Origin: Candidatus Avispirillum sp.
Lineage (GTDB): Bacteria; Bacillota; Clostridia; Oscillospirales; CAG-272
NCBI GenBank assembly: GCA_051867715.1
Contig: JBJDYY010000210.1
Location: forward strand, 1-37,169
DNA length: 37,169 bases
Direction of reading: 5' to 3'
The translations under genes were made by a program, and so were the position numbers. Positions 32,311-37,169 of this stretch are shown here, one piece after another (within the stretch, counting starts at the first letter, position 1; the number at the start of each line of letters is the position of its first letter). The notes beneath the pieces are model-generated. The model ran no database searches. It saw only the letters and a list, made by a program, of their open reading frames with translations, and was not told the origin of the DNA.

Positions 32311-33741
32311 ATGGCATCCCTCGACAAAAAGTGGAAAGAATTTCTTTATGCCGCCAGCGGTTTCGGTCCCAACCTTCTTATGGTACTGCTGGGCGCTTAT
32401 TTCACCGACGCGGTGAATCCCGCGGGACTTACCGCCAACATTGACACCTGGAGCCTTTCCGGCTACTGTCTCATTATGCCCTCCATTTTCGGCGTGCTGT
32501 GGATGGTAGGAAAGATTTTCGACGGTCTGGTGGACATCCCTCTCGCCTCCTTTACGGACAATCTGAGAACTAAATGGGGTCGCAGACGCCCCGCCATCGT
32601 CATCGCCTTTATCCCCATGGTGGCAAGCTATGTGCTTGCATGGACTCCCCTTGTATGGCGCGAAAACAGCCTGGTCAACACCGTATGGATGTGCGCTATG
32701 CTTCTGGTGTTCTTCACCTCCTACACCCTGTCTCTCATTACCTTTTACGGCAGCCTTTCCAGTGTCTGCAAGGACGAAAAGCAGCGCACCAGAGTGGGCA
32801 GCTTCAAATCCTTTTTCGATACCATCGGCTACTGCCTTGTATACGCCCTTATCCCCGTGTTCATCGGCAACGGCGTAAACATCAAAAAGCTGGTTATGCT
32901 GGCAACTCCCATTATGCTCACCATGCTTATTCCCCTGTTTATCATCAAAGAGGGCGAAAAGTACGGCGAGGGCAAGGACTATCTCCCCGAGGCAAGAGTT
33001 AAGCTTACGGACAGCCTTAAGGCAACTGTCAAAAATAAGCTGTTTCTCCGCTGGCTTCTGCCCAACGCCTGCGCGTACTTCGGACTGCAGATGTTCCTTT
33101 CCGCGCAGAACACACTTATTTCCGGCGTTATGAATCTCAGCGCATCCTACGGTGCAATAATGAACACCTGCGCTTTTGCCCCCGTGCCTCTCATGCTGTT
33201 CCTGTACTACAAGCTTATCAACAAGAAAGGCATTCGCTTCAGCTATCAGGTGTGTCTGATTACCTTTGCCATTGCCATTCTTAATTTCTGCATTGGCAGC
33301 GAATACTTCTTCCCCCACAACGAAACCATAAGAATAATCATCGGCTGTGCGGGCGGAACTCTGGGCAGCTTCGCCATAGGCGCGTTCTTTGCAACGCCTT
33401 ATATGATTCCGTCGCAGATTGCGGCTATGGAATTCAAAGTCACCGGCAAGGATCATACCGCCATGTACTTTGCGGTGCAGTCCCTTGCAACCTCAGCGGT
33501 CGCAGCAGTTTCCACCGGCCTTGTTTATGAGTACATAAAGAATGTTCAGGTGCAGAAGGTTATTGACGGAGTCGTCATCGAGGGCGAGACCTGGAAGGTC
33601 GGCGTGTTCTGCGTGCCCATCATCGTCTGCATTATGTGCATCGTCGGCTTCTTCGCTTGCTTCAAAATGCCCTCTCACTACTCGGAAGAAGTGGTAAGAG
33701 ACTCTCTCGGTGTAAAACCCGTTGAAAAAGAGGGAAAATAA
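32311..33741 (+). CDS. MFS transporter, glycoside-pentoside-hexuronide (GPH) cation symporter-like
   Basis: 476 aa from ATG 32311; SD spacing favours this over ATG 32302. It has about 12 TM helices and a GPH-like loop GKIFDGLVDIPLASFTDNLRTKWGRRRP. Confidence 0.8.
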   Translation: MASLDKKWKEFLYAASGFGPNLLMVLLGAYFTDAVNPAGLTANIDTWSLSGYCLIMPSIFGVLWMVGKIFDGLVDIPLASFTDNLRTKWGRRRPAIVIAFIPMVASYVLAWTPLVWRENSLVNTVWMCAMLLVFFTSYTLSLITFYGSLSSVCKDEKQRTRVGSFKSFFDTIGYCLVYALIPVFIGNGVNIKKLVMLATPIMLTMLIPLFIIKEGEKYGEGKDYLPEARVKLTDSLKATVKNKLFLRWLLPNACAYFGLQMFLSAQNTLISGVMNLSASYGAIMNTCAFAPVPLMLFLYYKLINKKGIRFSYQVCLITFAIAILNFCIGSEYFFPHNETIRIIIGCAGGTLGSFAIGAFFATPYMIPSQIAAMEFKVTGKDHTAMYFAVQSLATSAVAAVSTGLVYEYIKNVQVQKVIDGVVIEGETWKVGVFCVPIIVCIMCIVGFFACFKMPSHYSEEVVRDSLGVKPVEKEGK

Positions 33742-33768
33742 TGCTATAATAACCGCAGAGGTGGTTAT

Positions 33769-34338
33769 ATGAGCACAAGAGGCGACCTTACTCGTCTGAA
33801 AATACTGGACACCGCACGCGCTCTTTTTGCCGAAAAAGGATATTCGGCAGTTGCCATGGAGGATATCCGCATCCTGTGCGGGCTGTCCCGCGGTGGGCTG
33901 TACCGGCATTTTTCCTCCACAAAGGAAATTTTCACCCGGATTATAGAAACCGAGCAAAAAAACGCCTTTGCGGCGCTTGACAAAGCCATGAAAAACGGCA
34001 TCCCCGGAGCGCTGATGCTGGATACCTTTCTCAGGGACAGGATAAAGCATCTTTTTAACCCCAAGGAGTATATAGACAACGCCGTTAACGAATTTGCCGC
34101 AAGCTGTCCCGAGGGGCGGGAGCTTATTGTAAAGCGCGCCGAAAACTCCGTTGACATCGTTGCAAAAATGATACGGCTTGGCTGTGAGCAGGGCGCATAT
34201 TCCTGTGAAAACTGCCGCGATACGGCGCTGCATATAATATGCCTTCTGGAAGGTCTGGCAAAGCATAACGCCCTTATTCCCATGACTGCACAGGAGACGG
34301 AAAAGCAGCTTGAAATAATAGAAGATATGCTGAAATAA
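33769..34338 (+). CDS. TetR/AcrR-family transcriptional regulator
   Basis: 189 aa. N-terminal HTH ILDTARALFAEKGYSAVAMEDIRILCGLSRGGLYRHFSSTKEIF. GAGGTGG lies upstream of the ATG. The gene starts 27 nt after the MFS stop. Confidence 0.9.
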   Translation: MSTRGDLTRLKILDTARALFAEKGYSAVAMEDIRILCGLSRGGLYRHFSSTKEIFTRIIETEQKNAFAALDKAMKNGIPGALMLDTFLRDRIKHLFNPKEYIDNAVNEFAASCPEGRELIVKRAENSVDIVAKMIRLGCEQGAYSCENCRDTALHIICLLEGLAKHNALIPMTAQETEKQLEIIEDMLK

Positions 34339-34367
34339 TGCGTTTTACCGCCGACGGCGGTACACAC

Positions 34368-34401
34368 AAAACAGCAGCAGGCGAGAGCCTGCTGCTGTTT
34401 T
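34368..34401. terminator. Bidirectional intrinsic terminator
   Basis: AAAACAGCAGCAGGC-GAGA-GCCTGCTGCTGTTTT (15-bp stem) between the convergent TetR and lipoprotein genes. Confidence 0.8.
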
Positions 34402-34428
34402 GATATGCAAATCTGTATCTGTATTCGA

Positions 34429-35262
34429 TCATTTCACCAAATATATTTTATTCTCTTTCCAGCTTTGACCGAATTCAAAGGGATTTTCCGAGAGAAGCTT
34501 TTGAAAGTCTTCCTCACTGATACTCACAGTAACGCCGTCAATATCCGCATAATACTGCCCGGACTGACAGCCGAATCTTTTTGCAGTTTTGAGAGGATTT
34601 TCTTTGTCTTTGTCAAGCTTTGACACAGAATATTCAAAGGTGTCCGCGCCGCCGCTGCTCAGTGTATACAGCTCGCCGCCGTCTGTAACGACGCCGCTGT
34701 ATCTCGGCCAGTAAGCGTCAATAAACTCCGCGTCCCCGTCATAAACGGCAAACACCGCAAATACCTTATTATAATCCGAGCTTACCCATAAAAGCTCCGG
34801 CGTACCGTCACCGTCAAGATCCTTGAAAATATAACCGAAGGAGTCCCGCGACGGATTTTCCATGCCGGCAGTCATATCGGTAAGCATGCAGGACCACCTG
34901 TACTGAAGCTCCGTTTCCCGCCCGCCGTTAATATCTTCGTCGCTCATATAATCTTCCAATTCGGAATCAAGATCGGGATACTTTCCGTTGTCCATATCGT
35001 TCTTAAATGATGGAGAAAGCCGGAAATCCACGATTTTTCCGTAATCCTCCAAAATTTCCTCGTATTCCTCATACACTTCCCCGTCGGCTGTACCCGTCGA
35101 CTCATGGGAAATCTGCGAGCTTTCCTCCGAAGTATCGCCTTTCTGCGGTATATCGGCAGTATTTTCACCGTATCCGTTTTTTACAATAGCAAACCCGCCG
35201 CAGCCTGCAAGCAGAGACACCGTCATAAGCAGCGCAGCAGTCAGAACAATTACTTTTTTCAT
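34429..35262 (-). CDS. Hypothetical lipoprotein
   Basis: 277 aa. Signal peptide with lipobox LLAGC, an acidic linker and a DLDGDGTPELL motif in the C-terminal domain. Confidence 0.7.
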   Translation of the reverse strand: MKKVIVLTAALLMTVSLLAGCGGFAIVKNGYGENTADIPQKGDTSEESSQISHESTGTADGEVYEEYEEILEDYGKIVDFRLSPSFKNDMDNGKYPDLDSELEDYMSDEDINGGRETELQYRWSCMLTDMTAGMENPSRDSFGYIFKDLDGDGTPELLWVSSDYNKVFAVFAVYDGDAEFIDAYWPRYSGVVTDGGELYTLSSGGADTFEYSVSKLDKDKENPLKTAKRFGCQSGQYYADIDGVTVSISEEDFQKLLSENPFEFGQSWKENKIYLVK

Positions 35263-35346
35263 ATATATGCCGCTCCTTTCCTACTGCTATTATACAGTCC
35301 GCCGGGCTAAAAATCAACTTAATACATGCTTTTGCACCGTGTTTTT

Positions 35347-35529
35347 TCAGCCGGCGTATTCATCCAGAGCCTCTGCACCGCACAGAATATAACCGTTTTT
35401 GTCTTTGTCATAACGGTATGTCATTTTCACAGTCATTATCGCGTCGGTGTCAAGCTTTAACAAGCGCTCGCATTGCAAGGTCTGCAAACCGTCAGCATTT
35501 TCAACCGTTTCATTTTTAATACTCCTCAT
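35347..35529 (-). CDS. Hypothetical small protein (60 aa)
   Basis: Its start overlaps the 3' end of the upstream lipoprotein gene by 14 nt. The amino-acid composition is plausible, but I recognised no family. Confidence 0.35.
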   Translation of the reverse strand: MRSIKNETVENADGLQTLQCERLLKLDTDAIMTVKMTYRYDKDKNGYILCGAEALDEYAG

Positions 35530-36688
35530 ATGATGTTATCGGAACACGCTCAACAACAGTATTGCCGTTTTCATCGAACTTTTCGAAAACTTCTTCAAGC
35601 TTCCATCCGTATGGGCTGTCGCTAAGCAGAGAGTCCGCCCGCGGGTCGATATACAAATCTTTCTCCCCGTCGGAAATACGCAGACTGACCGTACCGTCAT
35701 CTGCCGTCTCAAGACGTACCGCGAACTCCGCCGTCTGCGCGCTGTCGTGCCAGTTCTCTTTCTCTTTGATAACAAGAGTACCGTCACTGATGCACAGCGC
35801 TTTTTCACCGTCAACGGCGGGATGCAGGGTGTACTCTCCTTCGGTGCCCGCAGCCATCAGCCACCAATGCTTATATGCATTTGCTTCCCCGTATTCACCG
35901 ACCTCAATGCGTCCGTAACGGTCGGAAAGCACCTTGCCGTCGTCGGCTGAAATCACAACCGTTTTAGTGTGTCTGACGGAAACAAATCTGTATGCTCCGT
36001 CCTTAAACCATATTTGAAACACCAGTCTTTGGGGAGTCCTTGCATATTCGGTATCAAGCGATATACTGCACGACACATCCAATGTGTATAAATCGTTTGC
36101 ATAATCAAACTCATACCCAAGCAAATCATGAATATACGAAGGCCCGCCTGTTACAGATTTGAACACATAGGCGTCCTTTTCGCTGTCGTATTCATCAACC
36201 GTGTGATCGGCCGCAGTGTTAAAGCGGTCGCACAGATATTTGTCGGCGATATAAGACGGCACGGTAAAAGTCATGTCCGTTTCACTGAAGTATTGCTTCA
36301 TCTCTTCTCTCACGCCGCCGTTTACCGAATCATAACAGCCGTTAAACTTAAAATACCTGAAAACGCTTTCAAACGGGACTTCAACGTCATCGCTGATGTC
36401 ACACATCATAGATGTCATATATTTTGAAACGATGCAAAGCAAGTTTTCGTAGCTTACCTTTTTCCCGATTTCATTCTCGCTTATGTAATCGGCAGTCTCC
36501 GTACCGTCGGACTTCGCTGTGTCCGAAGTGACTGCATTTGTTGAGTCGGCGTCATCTGACGGTTTTTCTCCGCCGGTGCAAGAACTGACCGACAGCAGCA
36601 TTATTATGCAAAGCAAAAGAGCAAAAATGCATTTCATATATCCGTCTCGCGTCGGTGCTCCTGCCGAAAAATCTTTTGCGTGCTTCAT
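35516..36688 (-). CDS. Hypothetical lipoprotein
   Basis: 390 aa. Lipobox LLSVSSC after a hydrophobic helix. GGAGG lies 10 nt upstream of ATG 36688; an alternative start at 36637 gives a more canonical signal peptide. Confidence 0.7.
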   Translation of the reverse strand: MKHAKDFSAGAPTRDGYMKCIFALLLCIIMLLSVSSCTGGEKPSDDADSTNAVTSDTAKSDGTETADYISENEIGKKVSYENLLCIVSKYMTSMMCDISDDVEVPFESVFRYFKFNGCYDSVNGGVREEMKQYFSETDMTFTVPSYIADKYLCDRFNTAADHTVDEYDSEKDAYVFKSVTGGPSYIHDLLGYEFDYANDLYTLDVSCSISLDTEYARTPQRLVFQIWFKDGAYRFVSVRHTKTVVISADDGKVLSDRYGRIEVGEYGEANAYKHWWLMAAGTEGEYTLHPAVDGEKALCISDGTLVIKEKENWHDSAQTAEFAVRLETADDGTVSLRISDGEKDLYIDPRADSLLSDSPYGWKLEEVFEKFDENGNTVVERVPITSYEEY

Positions 36689-36736
36689 TTTTACTCTGCC
36701 TCCATATAATCAGTAATTTTTTATAACTACTTATTT

Positions 36737-37169
36737 CTACTCTTTATTCTGCATTTCATCGCCTTCATCCGTATTCTCATACGGAATAAGCTCCGAGCCG
36801 TCTTTATTTACATAGTTTTCAACAAACACCTCTCCGGTGTTTTTGTCAACATAAAACCACCCCACCGTATACTGCTGATTATACTCCACCTCACCGCTGT
36901 TGTTGAAAATCGGCTGCTGTGTGTAAGGATGCACAACAATATATTCGTTTCCCTCAACAAGCCTACCCTCATAAAGCTCATATTCTATATCTTCAAAGTA
37001 TGATTTGTCCGAAAGCAAGTCACGCACTGTTTCAAGCGCCTTTTCCGGATTTATCTGCTCCCCGTTTACATCTGCAATACCCGAGCTTTCATGACCCGTA
37101 TCAACGGCAATACCGTCTTTTTGCTTTGCGCCGCAGCCTGTCAGCGCAAGAAGAAGCAATACGGTAAGA
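36737..37169 (-). CDS. Hypothetical lipoprotein, 5' end truncated by the window edge
   Basis: The reading frame stays open to position 37169. Lipobox LALTGC lies near the N-terminus. The track start at 37159 is only an in-frame TTG inside the signal peptide. Confidence 0.65.
   Translation of the reverse strand, partial: LTVLLLLALTGCGAKQKDGIAVDTGHESSGIADVNGEQINPEKALETVRDLLSDKSYFEDIEYELYEGRLVEGNEYIVVHPYTQQPIFNNSGEVEYNQQYTVGWFYVDKNTGEVFVENYVNKDGSELIPYENTDEGDEMQNKE

Overview
This is a chromosomal window from a PolC-type genome (Bacillota, most likely Clostridia, judged from gene content and order). Positions 1 to about 25 kb are ordinary core genome. They hold an amidohydrolase, a HIT protein, aspartate kinase and an HD hydrolase. 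Next comes the conserved + strand block pyrH-frr-uppS-cdsA-dxr-rseP-ispG-polC, followed by a HAD hydrolase and a MIF-like tautomerase plus flavin reductase pair. After that are a pyrR-uracil permease operon with a recognisable PyrR attenuator leader, an orphan mtlD-like dehydrogenase, an MsbA-like ABC exporter and a LysM-GH18 (YaaH/SleL-like) gene. From about 25.2 kb the window becomes accessory. It starts with a PadR-DUF1700-DUF4097 module and a roughly 330-nt non-coding stretch packed with perfect hairpins. The most unusual locus follows: a divergent XRE regulator, then a 1,219-aa N-terminally anchored fibre protein, then a translationally coupled 79-aa wHTH-like ORF. The fibre is built from 15 proline-poor G-X-Y blocks alternating with 16 copies of a ~30-aa module and is capped by a BspA-type LRR head. 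The 3' part of the fibre gene, the small ORF and the downstream spacer are visibly AT-richer than the rest of the gene, which suggests a swapped-in head cassette. Downstream lie an MFS(GPH)-TetR pair with a palindromic operator and a tandem array of lipoprotein genes; the last one is cut by the window edge. I found no rRNA, tRNA, CRISPR array, transposase, integrase or reverse transcriptase. All functional calls come from motif recognition by eye, and no database search was run.
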